DNA of 45,234 bases. Source: a bacterium (lineage in GTDB: Bacteria > Patescibacteriota > CG2-30-54-11). A model generated the notes under the pieces. It did not search any database and was not told where the DNA came from. It worked only from the letters and a program-made list of their open reading frames with translations. Below, piece after piece: positions 25,158-36,172 of this stretch. The stretch's first letter is position 1; every line of letters begins with the position of its first letter. The DNA is taken from assembly GCA_029573015.1 (NCBI GenBank), contig JAKQHK010000077.1, positions 1-45,234 of the forward strand, given 5' to 3'. The position numbers were made by a program, and so were the translations under genes.

Positions 25158-25700
25158 TCAATTCTCCGAACAAAATTTATCGAGTTCCCATTTTTGAGGG
25201 TTTTGTTGGATGTATTTTCGAATTGCATATAAAGATTTATCATTACGGAGTATGTGGTCATAGAAACGTGGTTGCCAAGCGAAATTTATTTTATTTTCAG
25301 TGGACCATTTTGTAACACCGATCTTGAAACCCCTAATGATTGAACCCAAATTCTTTGATTGGGAACCATATTTATTACCACCATCGTTATTTATAGTTGA
25401 GACGCAAAATCTTGCGTCTCTACATTTATCACTACCGATGATAATAATGCCATGCACGTGGTTGGGCATGATCACGTATTCATCCAATGTAACAAATGGG
25501 AAATGCTCTGGAATTGCCAACCAGCATTCTTTAACAACCGCTCCGACTGACGATAAATGCATGTCACCATTAACTATTTTACCAAAATAGCATTTTTTAT
25601 CCTTGGTACAAATTGTCACAAAGTAATATCCTGGCGTGGAATAATCCCAATATTTTAAACGCGTACTCTCAACTCGGTATTTTTTCTGAAATAATGTCAT
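25158..25700 (-). CDS. RayT / IS200-like Y1 (HUH) transposase homologue
   Basis: YYFVTICTKD, the HUH motif MPNHVHGII, WQPRFYDHILR and the catalytic-Tyr region IRKYIQQNPQKWELD. Its TGA abuts the purN ATG (TGAATG). About 30% GC in a spot count. Confidence 0.85.
   Translation of the reverse strand: MTLFQKKYRVESTRLKYWDYSTPGYYFVTICTKDKKCYFGKIVNGDMHLSSVGAVVKECWLAIPEHFPFVTLDEYVIMPNHVHGIIIIGSDKCRDARFCVSTINNDGGNKYGSQSKNLGSIIRGFKIGVTKWSTENKINFAWQPRFYDHILRNDKSLYAIRKYIQQNPQKWELDKFCSEN
25399..25420. repeat. Perfect 9-bp-stem palindrome inside the RayT-like coding region
   Basis: GAGACGCAA-AATC-TTGCGTCTC. It encodes the RDARFCVS segment between the HUH and Tyr motifs. Confidence 0.8.
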
Positions 25701-26571
25701 GGCTTGAGGTTTCTGGATGTATAATTGTCGATACTACAGCTGACACGATAATCAACCCTCCCCCAATCAGCGCTGCTACCTGCATACCCTCACCAAGTAT
25801 TAGAAAGGCAAATAACGCCCCGAATACCGGCTCGGTGAGCAAGATCAGACTTCCTTTCTGTGCTTCAATGTATTTAAAACCGTAAACAATCAAAATACCC
25901 GTGGCGATAGAAATAATACCCTGTAACGCATTAGTGATCCAAGCAGCCGATAAGCTAACCGAAGGCATTGCCTCATGCGTCAACAAGCTCGCACATACGC
26001 CAAAGATAACACAAAAAATACAATCCATGGATACAATCTGCTCGTTCGAGTAGCTGCCAGAAAATTTCTTTGACAGCAGATTCCAAATCGCCAGCAGGAC
26101 TCCGGCAACATTTGCAAGTATATAAAACCAAATTTCATCTGCATCAAGAGAAAATCCATAGAGCAGCATAAGACCCATCAATGATAAACCGAGCGCATAT
26201 ATTTTATTCTGTGTAAGTCTCTCTTTCAAAAAAATTGTGCCGATACAAAATCCAGCTAGTGTGGAAGTTGCATATGACAGGATGTACACCGTCCCGATAT
26301 TAACCGCGTTGAATGCAGTAAAAGTGCATGACATCAGGATGATAGCAACCAGTGCTCGTATGGCATACCACAGCATATCGTTGCCTGCAACAGGTTTCCA
26401 CCTGCGTTTCACTACTATCCATGGAATAATTAAGCAAAGTATGAGTACATTTCTCGTCCAGGATTGGTAAAAAACTGCTAACTCATTACCAACAATACGA
26501 GCAAAAACGCCAAAAAGTCCATACAGCATAGCAGCTATAAGTAAGGCAAAAGAACCACGATAGTGCTTCAT
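25669..26571 (-). CDS. EamA-family (DMT superfamily) transporter
   Basis: About ten hydrophobic helices in two EamA-like halves. The 3' end overlaps the RayT-like start by 32 nt. Confidence 0.8.
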   Translation of the reverse strand: MKHYRGSFALLIAAMLYGLFGVFARIVGNELAVFYQSWTRNVLILCLIIPWIVVKRRWKPVAGNDMLWYAIRALVAIILMSCTFTAFNAVNIGTVYILSYATSTLAGFCIGTIFLKERLTQNKIYALGLSLMGLMLLYGFSLDADEIWFYILANVAGVLLAIWNLLSKKFSGSYSNEQIVSMDCIFCVIFGVCASLLTHEAMPSVSLSAAWITNALQGIISIATGILIVYGFKYIEAQKGSLILLTEPVFGALFAFLILGEGMQVAALIGGGLIIVSAVVSTIIHPETSSHDIISEKIPS

Positions 26572-26593
26572 GATTTTTTGAAATGATTAAGGT

Positions 26594-27691
26594 TTATTCG
26601 CTTCTAACGGCTAAGCTGGATCCTTCATAGACTATCTCAAGCGGCTCGATGACTACCTGCTTGTCTCCCTCCCGAACCGTACCTGCTTCCCAGGCAGTGA
26701 TGCCCTGCCGAGCAGCTAACGTAACAGCCTCGGCAGCCTGTGCTGCAGGCACAAAAACAGCAAATCCCGCTCCCATGTTGAGACTGCCATAGGCTTCCCG
26801 CAGATCGATCGGTCCCTGGTCAACCATGAACTGCAGGACTTCCGGAACGTCAGGAAGACTCGTAAGATGATAAGAAAATTTGGCTGAATGGCGCATGATT
26901 TTTCGCCAACCATGGCCGGTGATATTCGCAAGATAATGGATATCAATACCTGCGGTGAACAAAGCCTCAAGTACCTGGGCATAGAGAACCGTCGGTGCCA
27001 GTAACCCTTCGCCGTACATCTGCCCGCTTGGCATGAGGGTCGCGTAACCGTCTGACAAACGGTCAGCCAGGGCCCGCGCCAGGGTCAGCCCATTGGCATG
27101 GATACCGGAACTGGCAAGCAAGATAATCGCATCGCCCGCCTGTAATTTGTCACCAAGTGTGTAGCGCTCCCGCGGACTGATCATCCCTACACAGCTCGCC
27201 GCCAGATCGATTCTGCCTGGCATGACGATGCCATCCAGGCTCGGTGTCTCGCCCCCTGCCCAGACCGCGCAGCTTGCTTCACAGGCGGCTTTCCAACCGG
27301 CGACCAAATCAGCTGCGCGTTGCTTATCATTGAACCAGTCTGAACCACCAGCTGCCCAGTAGGCATGAATACTTACTGGTCTGGCTCCAACAGTGATCAG
27401 GTCGTTAACCGCCATAGCGATTGTGTCCTGTGCCAGCGTATCATAATACGTTTTTCCAGTAACAGTACGCAGGGCATCCGCAACAATCGGTTTCGTGCCA
27501 AGGCACTCGGTAATGGAAGCAAGATAAAAATCACCGCAATCCATCACATAAGCAGACTCGCCCCGGCTTTCCGGCATCTCTTTCCAGCCTGTGTTCGTTA
27601 ACTGACCGACTGTTGCACGTGCCGCCTGCTGAGCAAGAATCTTAAGTGGATCAATCCGGGAATAATCAACACCAGCCTGCTTGTAATCCAT
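26594..27691 (-). CDS. purM: Phosphoribosylformylglycinamidine cyclo-ligase (AIR synthase), divergent
   Basis: MDYKQAGVD start, GTK loop (ECLGTKP), AMAVNDLITVGARP and GGETP blocks of the PurM superfamily. Confidence 0.8.
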   Translation of the reverse strand: MDYKQAGVDYSRIDPLKILAQQAARATVGQLTNTGWKEMPESRGESAYVMDCGDFYLASITECLGTKPIVADALRTVTGKTYYDTLAQDTIAMAVNDLITVGARPVSIHAYWAAGGSDWFNDKQRAADLVAGWKAACEASCAVWAGGETPSLDGIVMPGRIDLAASCVGMISPRERYTLGDKLQAGDAIILLASSGIHANGLTLARALADRLSDGYATLMPSGQMYGEGLLAPTVLYAQVLEALFTAGIDIHYLANITGHGWRKIMRHSAKFSYHLTSLPDVPEVLQFMVDQGPIDLREAYGSLNMGAGFAVFVPAAQAAEAVTLAARQGITAWEAGTVREGDKQVVIEPLEIVYEGSSLAVRSE

Positions 27692-27714
27692 AAATTTCTA
27701 CCTGTTGATAAATA

Positions 27715-28620
27715 TCAAGAACCGATGCGAACTGTATAGGCAGCAAGCAATTCAGCCTGAAAATGACCCTGGGCAGCAACTGCTGAATCCTGATCAGGAA
27801 ACAGCGCGATGACGCATCCGCCCCCGCCGCCGCCGGTCAGTTTGGCGCCAAGCGCTCCCTGGGCGCGCGCAGTATGAACGATTGTATCCAAACGAACGGT
27901 TGACACGCCGATCCCTACCAGTAACCCGTGATTCAAATTCATCAGTTCACCAAGTGCGTCCAGATCGCCGGACAGTAAAACCTGATGCGCTTGCGACGAA
28001 ATCCGCGAGCTAGCTGCGCAAAACTGGCTAAAGACTTCCTCCTGACGATCGCGTCGCAAGCGCACTTCAGCCACCATTTCTCTGGTCGCAGCTCTTGTAC
28101 CGCTGGATATGATCACCAGCCAGAACGGTTTACCGGGCAGAAAACGTTCGATCCGGTTTTCATCCGGATGAACCGGTCGCTTCTGAAATAAAATCGCTCC
28201 GCCATAGGTGGCAAGGGTGTTATCAATGCCGGACGGTGTCCCATGGAAAAACTTTTCTGCTTCATAGGCTATGGCGTTGATCCGCTCTTCTGGCAGGGCA
28301 AGCGCAAATTCCTTGGCAATCGCCCGGGCGATTGCCACGCTTAGGGCGGCTGATGACCCGGTTCCCTGACCCACCGGCAAGGCAGATTCAATGAGTAAAA
28401 CCCGTACCTGTTCTGAAACCCCAGCCGCTTGCCTGATAATCTGTACTGCCTGTTTAACCGCGTCAGCGTGCTCGTCTGACGGTCCTTCGTCCTGTTCAGA
28501 ACGCTCCAGGGTGACGGTGATGCCCCGATCAAGTCCTACCGCGATTGCCTCCGTGCCATACACGACAAAATGTTCACCGAACAGGATCGTCTTGCCCCAG
28601 CCGAATCCTGTTGATGCCAT
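27715..28620 (-). CDS. mvk: Mevalonate kinase (GHMP family)
   Basis: GKTILFGEHFVVYG, GHMP motif PVGQGTGSSAA and the C-terminal KLTGGGGGGC loop. ATG 28620 has AAGGAG 6 nt upstream. The longest ORF runs to 28680. Confidence 0.85.
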   Translation of the reverse strand: MASTGFGWGKTILFGEHFVVYGTEAIAVGLDRGITVTLERSEQDEGPSDEHADAVKQAVQIIRQAAGVSEQVRVLLIESALPVGQGTGSSAALSVAIARAIAKEFALALPEERINAIAYEAEKFFHGTPSGIDNTLATYGGAILFQKRPVHPDENRIERFLPGKPFWLVIISSGTRAATREMVAEVRLRRDRQEEVFSQFCAASSRISSQAHQVLLSGDLDALGELMNLNHGLLVGIGVSTVRLDTIVHTARAQGALGAKLTGGGGGGCVIALFPDQDSAVAAQGHFQAELLAAYTVRIGS

Positions 28621-28645
28621 GAACTGCTCCTTGGTAGGTATGCTA

Positions 28646-29707
28646 TTAATACAGAGGGAATCCGCCCATGATGATCTCAAACAATGCCCGGACGAGATGT
28701 TCGAGGTCAGCGAGATTTACCGAGGTTGCCTGATTGGCAAAGAAAACATTCTGCGCCGGATAGCCGATGGGATACACGTTCTGGGTCAATGAATACGCCA
28801 CGGTATCGTCTCCACGCGAGGCGTATATAGTATTTTCTCTCAGCACTATCCCCTGTTTCCCCAGTTCTCCTGCCCGTTTTTTCAGCCAGGCATAATTATG
28901 GGGAGGCATGACAACACCTTTACAGTTTGAAACTTTTTCGATGAAACGTGCCCCGCTCTCCTCCTGTGACGGCAGATCAGTACCCTGCGCATCAATCACC
29001 ACCGCCGCCTTCAGAAGCTGCGGATCAATGGTACGGGCAAACCTCTGGGCTCCGCGGCAAAAATGCGCATTCTCATAGGGCAACCCATTATCCTCATCAG
29101 TAAAAACAAAACTGATATCATGCTTGTAGCCGGCCGCCACCAATGCCTGCGCCAGCACTATTCCGATTGCCGCCCCGGCGGCATTATCGATAGAACCGAT
29201 GAGCACATCCCCCTGCCGCTCGATTTTATTTGCAAAAACAATCCGGTCTCCGTAGTGTACTTCTCCCTGCTCAACCATCATATACAGCTTGTCCTGACGA
29301 ACAAGTATCTCCCCATGGGCAACTTCGTCATAGCGCATAGTGTCCAGATTGAAACGCAAAGCCACGACTTTAATCCCGCTTGCTCCGCGATGGGCGCAGT
29401 ACTCTCTCAAGCGTATCTGCTCAGTACCCTCATTCTCAGCCAGATAGCTGTACTGGTCGAGATGATGAAACAGGATGATTCCCTGTCCCGGGGTATTGAT
29501 ACTGAGCAGCCCGTTTCCGGTCCGCTGCCAATCTGCATAAAAGGTGACACCCGGTTTTTCCATCAGTGGCGCAAGCAATTCTTCGACTTTGGGCAGTCGG
29601 CTGTACCGGATTCCCTGGCTGGGTGCATAAATATCACCGATGTCTTTGAGATGCCGGTAAATCGCTTCCCTGTGCAGATATGTGCTGTAGATTTCCTGAG
29701 TATCCAT
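28646..29707 (-). CDS. M42/M28-like metallopeptidase-fold protein
   Basis: FHHLDQ, an inserted beta-domain, GSIDNAAGAAIG, FTDEDNG and VVIDAQ follow the order of M42 (FrvX/TET-type) metal-ligand blocks. Confidence 0.5.
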   Translation of the reverse strand: MDTQEIYSTYLHREAIYRHLKDIGDIYAPSQGIRYSRLPKVEELLAPLMEKPGVTFYADWQRTGNGLLSINTPGQGIILFHHLDQYSYLAENEGTEQIRLREYCAHRGASGIKVVALRFNLDTMRYDEVAHGEILVRQDKLYMMVEQGEVHYGDRIVFANKIERQGDVLIGSIDNAAGAAIGIVLAQALVAAGYKHDISFVFTDEDNGLPYENAHFCRGAQRFARTIDPQLLKAAVVIDAQGTDLPSQEESGARFIEKVSNCKGVVMPPHNYAWLKKRAGELGKQGIVLRENTIYASRGDDTVAYSLTQNVYPIGYPAQNVFFANQATSVNLADLEHLVRALFEIIMGGFPLY

Positions 29708-29739
29708 GGCAAACCTCCCGCAGCTGATGAAGTAAACGC

Positions 29740-31005
29740 TTACAGATACCGTGATGCTTTGGCACCGATATCAGTACGGTAATGTTTGTTTTTAAAATCA
29801 ATTTTCTCGATCTCCCGATACGCTGTCGCAATAGCATCCGGCAGGGTATCTCCCAAAGCAGTAACTCCCAGCACCCTTCCACCGGACGTCACCACCTGTC
29901 CGTTATCCAGCGCCGTGCCGGCATGAAACACCAGAGCATTTTCAACTTTGTCCAAACCGCTGATCGGAAAACCCCGTTCAAATTTTTGCGGATAACCTCC
30001 GGACGCCATGGTCACATGGCAGGCATGCTGCGTGCTCCAGCGCAGGTCGACATCCGCCAGCTTTCGCTCTGCAACCGCCAGGCAGACATCTACAAGATCA
30101 CTTTCCAGCAAAGGAATTACTACCTGACATTCGGGATCACCAAAGCGTACATTGAACTCGAGCACATACGGCTCCCCCTTCACGATCATAAGACCAACAT
30201 AGAGCACGCCGCGAAAATCCATTTCTTCAGCCTGCATGCCAGCGATGATCCGGTCAAGAATTTGCTCTTTCACCTTTGCCATCAGTACATCCGTTACCAG
30301 AGGTGTCGGAGCATACACGCCCATACCACCGGTATTCAATCCCTGATCCCCATCGAGCGCGCGTTTGTGATCCTGGGAACTGACCATGGGCTTGATGGTC
30401 ACACCATCGCAAAAGCAAAGCAGGGTCGCTTCATCCCCCTCAAGGCGCTGTTCGATGACGCAAGTGGCACCGGCAGGACCAAATGCCCGGCGCTCCAGAA
30501 TATCATCGATCGCTGCGCAGGCTTCCTCCTTGTTTTTCGGGATCAACACACCTTTGCCCGCCGCCAGTCCGTCTGCCTTGACGACCACATCATACTCCAC
30601 ACTCTCAATATAGGCTTTAGCCTGCGCGGCATTAGAAAATACTTCGTAGGCTGCGGTTGGTATGGCATGTTTTTTCATGAATTGTTTGGCAAATGTTTTG
30701 CTCGCTTCCAGCTGGGCAGCCTGCTGCCTGGGTCCGAATATCTTCAAGCCCTGCCGCTCAAACACATCGGCTATGCCATCGGCAAGCGCCATTTCCGGCC
30801 CGACGACTGTCAACCCGATCTCGTTATCTATGGCGAAGCTAAGCAGTGAACCAATATAATCAACACCTGTCGAAATATTCTCAGCGATAGACGCTGTGCC
30901 GGCATTACCGGGAGCGCAGTAGATCTTTTCGATTTTCGGACTTTGCGCCAGCTTCCAGGCCAGAGTATGCTCACGTCCACCAGATCCAACCACGAGAGCC
31001 TTCAT
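29740..31005 (-). CDS. purD: Phosphoribosylamine--glycine ligase
   Basis: MKALVVGSGGREH start, ATP-grasp core, EFNVRFGDPE. 421 aa. Confidence 0.95.
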   Translation of the reverse strand: MKALVVGSGGREHTLAWKLAQSPKIEKIYCAPGNAGTASIAENISTGVDYIGSLLSFAIDNEIGLTVVGPEMALADGIADVFERQGLKIFGPRQQAAQLEASKTFAKQFMKKHAIPTAAYEVFSNAAQAKAYIESVEYDVVVKADGLAAGKGVLIPKNKEEACAAIDDILERRAFGPAGATCVIEQRLEGDEATLLCFCDGVTIKPMVSSQDHKRALDGDQGLNTGGMGVYAPTPLVTDVLMAKVKEQILDRIIAGMQAEEMDFRGVLYVGLMIVKGEPYVLEFNVRFGDPECQVVIPLLESDLVDVCLAVAERKLADVDLRWSTQHACHVTMASGGYPQKFERGFPISGLDKVENALVFHAGTALDNGQVVTSGGRVLGVTALGDTLPDAIATAYREIEKIDFKNKHYRTDIGAKASRYL

Positions 31006-31023
31006 GCTGCACCTCGACTAAAA

Positions 31024-31302
31024 TTAGACGTCAAGTATTTCCAATTTATCTTTATCAATAAAACTATGACAAAATCCACACGCTGTACATATAATATCTA
31101 TCTGACGGAAGTGCGACTTGTATAATAGCATGGAAGTAATAACTGCTTCATTGAGCTTGAACGCATCATGTCCGCAATTACGGCATTGCATCGCTTTTCC
31201 ATCTATCCTGACGTTAACGGCCTTCGAGGATGACAGCTTCTTTTTCTTTGATTGCTGATCCAAAGAAGCATCAACGCGATCTAACATTGATACCAGTTTC
31301 AT
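31024..31302 (-). CDS. Small zinc-ribbon protein (92 aa), paralogue 1
   Basis: CRNCGHDAF ... 26 aa ... CTACGFCHSF. Same length and Cys spacing as the adjacent gene. About 37% GC in a spot count. Confidence 0.55.
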   Translation of the reverse strand: MKLVSMLDRVDASLDQQSKKKKLSSSKAVNVRIDGKAMQCRNCGHDAFKLNEAVITSMLLYKSHFRQIDIICTACGFCHSFIDKDKLEILDV

Positions 31303-31311
31303 AGCGACTCG

Positions 31312-31590
31312 CTAATAGGAAAAATCCTGAGAAAAAGATTGCATATACCCACAGTAAGTACATACACAATAAAAACGGTAGACACGATTCTTTAATCTCC
31401 CCCAAAGACCACCCCCAAGACGACCCATATACGGAATGATATCAAAACGCTCCTTGGTACAAAAAGGACATGTCAACTTCTGACCGCTGATTACGGGAGA
31501 ATCAATATTTCTCAAGCCATGATGTTCCTGATTGATTCTATCAATCAGTTCATTGTTCCGCTCAACATATACAAGATCGACGTGCAGCAT
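31312..31590 (-). CDS. Small zinc-ribbon protein (92 aa), paralogue 2
   Basis: CPFCTKERF ... about 30 aa ... CTYCGYMQSF. It ends 9 nt before the start of paralogue 1. Confidence 0.55.
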   Translation of the reverse strand: MLHVDLVYVERNNELIDRINQEHHGLRNIDSPVISGQKLTCPFCTKERFDIIPYMGRLGGGLWGRLKNRVYRFYCVCTYCGYMQSFSQDFSY

Positions 31591-31593
31591 ATA

Positions 31594-32280
31594 TCAAAAA
31601 TGCATTAAGCTGAAAATAATACTCAAACCAAGCGCTGGCAGGAAACTGATTACCTTGATCTTTTTAACTTCCAGAATATTCAGGCCGATACCGACTACCA
31701 TGATTCCACCTACTGCCACCAGCTGGTCTAGCATATACGGAGTGAAAAAATGTTGCAACTGCCCGGCACCCAGAGTCAGCCCTCCCTGAATCAGCAGGAT
31801 GGGCAGACTTGAGAATGCGACGCCGATACCATAGATAGAAGCCAAAGCAATAGAAGCCACTCCGTCAAGCGTTGATTTGGTTATCAGCAGCGCCCGGCTG
31901 CCCGTGAGAGCTTCTTCCAGCGGGCCGAGGATGACAAAGGAGCCGATACCATAAAGCATGAAAGCAGTAACAAATCCCTCGGTAAAACGGGGATCACTGC
32001 TCCGAAGTATCCGTTTGAGCCAGTTTCCAAACTTCTCCGCCTTAGCCTCCAATGCCACTGCTTCACCGATAGCACCACCCAGAGTCAAACTGAGGATGAT
32101 CGGTAATGGATCTGTTCCCTTGAAAAACATCTGTATCCCGAGGCACAGGGTTATCATGCCGAGCGCCTGGAAAACAACCGTTTTAATACGATCTGGAAAA
32201 AGTCTGCTGAAATACGTGCCGATCAACGCACCGACGATGATAGCGCCGGCATTCACTATCGAACCAACGGGTATGATCAT
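31594..32280 (-). CDS. DUF554-family membrane protein
   Basis: MIIPVGSIVNAGAIIVGALIG start and glycine-rich helices typical of DUF554 (YdfK/YqgA-like). ATG 32280 has GGAAGGA upstream and avoids overlap with purB. Confidence 0.7.
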   Translation of the reverse strand: MIIPVGSIVNAGAIIVGALIGTYFSRLFPDRIKTVVFQALGMITLCLGIQMFFKGTDPLPIILSLTLGGAIGEAVALEAKAEKFGNWLKRILRSSDPRFTEGFVTAFMLYGIGSFVILGPLEEALTGSRALLITKSTLDGVASIALASIYGIGVAFSSLPILLIQGGLTLGAGQLQHFFTPYMLDQLVAVGGIMVVGIGLNILEVKKIKVISFLPALGLSIIFSLMHF

Positions 32281-32284
32281 ACGC

Positions 32285-33628
32285 CTATCCTTCCTCACAG
32301 CCAGCTAACGTTTCCGCCAGTCCAATGTATCGATCCGGCGAAAGACTTTTTAACTCTTTTTTAACAGGAGCGGAAACCGACAATCCTTCGATCCAGGCAT
32401 GCAATGATGCCATTGTAACACTGCCCCCCCGGGTTAGTTCTTTAAGCTTTTCATACGCCTGCTCATCCCCCTCTCGTCGCAGAATCGTCTGAATGGCCTC
32501 AGCAAGTACCTCGGGATGCGCTTGAACGATTTCGCGCATGACCGCAGTATTGACTTTGATTTTTTGCAAGCCTTTGAGGCAATTATCATAGCCGAGCAAG
32601 CAGTAAGCGAGATATGAACCGATGTTCCGCTGCACAGTGCTATCAGTCAGATCGCGCTGCATGCGCGAGATGAGCAGCTTGTCTGCGAGAAACTTCAAGC
32701 CTTCATTCGCCAGTTGCAGATTGCCCTCGCTGTTTTCAAAATTAATCGGATTTACTTTGTGCGGCATAGTTGAGGAACCGACTTCCCCGGCTTTTGGCTT
32801 CTGACCCAGCCAGCCATCGCTGATATAGCGCCAGATGTCCTGATTGAATCCGATCAGAACCGTATTAAACCGCACGATAGCATGAAAGAGCTGTGCCCAA
32901 CTGTCATGATTCTCGATCTGGGTCACGAGCGGATTGTGTTCCAGCCCGAGGCTTTCGACGAATTCGCGTGCAAATACCGGCCAGTCCACATCAGGAAAGG
33001 CTACCTGATGAGCGTTATAATTTCCTGTCGCGCCAGCAAGTTTGCCGCAGATTGGCGTGCGTGTTATCTCATCTAGATGAGAGGAAAGGCGGTGCACAAA
33101 AACTGCCATTTCCTTGCCAAAGGTTGTCGGCGACGCCGGCTGACCATGTGTACGTGCGAGCATCACATCTCGAGCATGCTTTTCCGCAAGACGCTCAATC
33201 ACACCGACCAGCTCCTCCATGCGCGGCAGAATAACAGCAGTCAACGCATCCCGGATCATCAGGCCATAGGCAAGATTATTCACATCCTCTGAGGTTAATG
33301 CAAAATGCGTCCATTGCTTGAGATGACCAAGCCCTGCGTTATCAAGCTTTTCACGAAGCAGATACTCTACTGCTTTGACATCGTGATTGGTCTTCTCCTC
33401 GATCTTTTTCACTCGCTTCGCATCTGCGAGCGTCAGCTCAGCAGAAACTGTCTTGAACACTTTCCGGGAAAACTTCACGTGGACAACAGGGAACAATGCC
33501 TGCAGATACGCGACTTCCACGCGATAGCGATAGGATATGAGCGCGTACTCAGAAAAAAACTGCCCGAGCGGTTCAGTCGACTTCTCATAGCGACCGTCGA
33601 GGGGGCTTACAGATTGTAATGCAAACAT
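32285..33628 (-). CDS. purB: Adenylosuccinate lyase
   Basis: SPLDGRY start region, SSTMPHKVNP signature loop of the fumarase/ASL superfamily. Start is taken at MFALQSVSPLDGRY. Confidence 0.93.
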   Translation of the reverse strand: MFALQSVSPLDGRYEKSTEPLGQFFSEYALISYRYRVEVAYLQALFPVVHVKFSRKVFKTVSAELTLADAKRVKKIEEKTNHDVKAVEYLLREKLDNAGLGHLKQWTHFALTSEDVNNLAYGLMIRDALTAVILPRMEELVGVIERLAEKHARDVMLARTHGQPASPTTFGKEMAVFVHRLSSHLDEITRTPICGKLAGATGNYNAHQVAFPDVDWPVFAREFVESLGLEHNPLVTQIENHDSWAQLFHAIVRFNTVLIGFNQDIWRYISDGWLGQKPKAGEVGSSTMPHKVNPINFENSEGNLQLANEGLKFLADKLLISRMQRDLTDSTVQRNIGSYLAYCLLGYDNCLKGLQKIKVNTAVMREIVQAHPEVLAEAIQTILRREGDEQAYEKLKELTRGGSVTMASLHAWIEGLSVSAPVKKELKSLSPDRYIGLAETLAGCEEG

Positions 33629-33700
33629 CTCACACCTATAACATATTAAATAATTTGTCTGATAGAAAGTGGTAATAACATGCATTTAAGCCATATGTCA

Positions 33701-34468
33701 TTATTTCATACCAATTTTATGTATATCACTGGGGTTATTTGTCAACACATATCTTCCATCACGAATAGGTAAAAAATATTGCCTGTATCTATTAATAATC
33801 GGCAATAAACGATCAGAAGTATAACCAACTAATGCTACAAGTTCCTCAATCGTGAATCCTGTCCGTGCTCGATCCCACATATGGATTAGAAGAATCAAAC
33901 CTGCTCCATCCCTGATATCGTTCCAGAAAGCCTGAGGCTCTCCATAATGCCAGGCAGGATTATCACCTTCGCCTACTAGCCTCGCGATGATCATACTTTT
34001 AGGATCAAACCCTTCACGCTGTAGCTCCCCCCATCTTTTTCCACCAACGGCATAATCCCGTATGCGTGCTGCTTTGGCCAGCCAGCTCTGGATGAAGCGT
34101 ACAGGATACCCGAGATACCCAGCAACTTCCTCTCCAGTATGAGTTTGACCCATGGTGTGCAAAATTGTCAGAAACTCGCGTTCACCGATTACCCGATAAT
34201 AACGATCAGGATCTTCAACAATCACTTCACGAGCATGTCTCGATGCCTTTTTTCTCTTATTTGCATAAATAATGATATATCCTTGTTCAACGAGAATTGC
34301 TAATCGGTCGATCGCTAAATGTGTATCAATTCCATATTGTGCTACCCTCAGCAAAATCTCATCACGAGTCGTGCCTGTAGAGCATTCCAGCAATATATGA
34401 TCGATTTTTTCTTCATCAATCTGAACAGCTTCAAGATTTATAGTAACATCAGCCATAGTATCAATCAT
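33701..34468 (-). CDS. AT-rich hypothetical protein with three winged-helix-like segments
   Basis: No catalytic motifs. Three helix-turn-helix-like stretches: TRDEILLRVAQYGIDTHLAIDRLAILVEQGYI, TGEEVAGYLGYPVRFIQSWL and FTIEELVALVGYTSDRLLPIINRY. About 35% GC in a spot count. Confidence 0.5.
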   Translation of the reverse strand: MIDTMADVTINLEAVQIDEEKIDHILLECSTGTTRDEILLRVAQYGIDTHLAIDRLAILVEQGYIIIYANKRKKASRHAREVIVEDPDRYYRVIGEREFLTILHTMGQTHTGEEVAGYLGYPVRFIQSWLAKAARIRDYAVGGKRWGELQREGFDPKSMIIARLVGEGDNPAWHYGEPQAFWNDIRDGAGLILLIHMWDRARTGFTIEELVALVGYTSDRLLPIINRYRQYFLPIRDGRYVLTNNPSDIHKIGMK

Positions 34469-34584
34469 GGTTTATGATAAAATTGTAACATTTATCCAAA
34501 AAATCGCGTAATAACCAGTGCTTCATTAATGGTAATGTACATAAGTAAATGACCAAATCGCTTAAAATATAACCCGCTTCGATA

Positions 34585-36157
<1,573 letters not shown>

Positions 36158-36172
36158 AAATAATTTTACTTG

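Noticed and set aside
29063-30849. Two long plus-strand ORFs (239 aa and 355 aa)
   Set aside because: They are antisense to the M42-like gene and to purD. purD is unambiguous, and these ORFs have no motifs and no SD or promoter context. The same reasoning applies to 10785..11555, 39720..40334 and 43052..43705.
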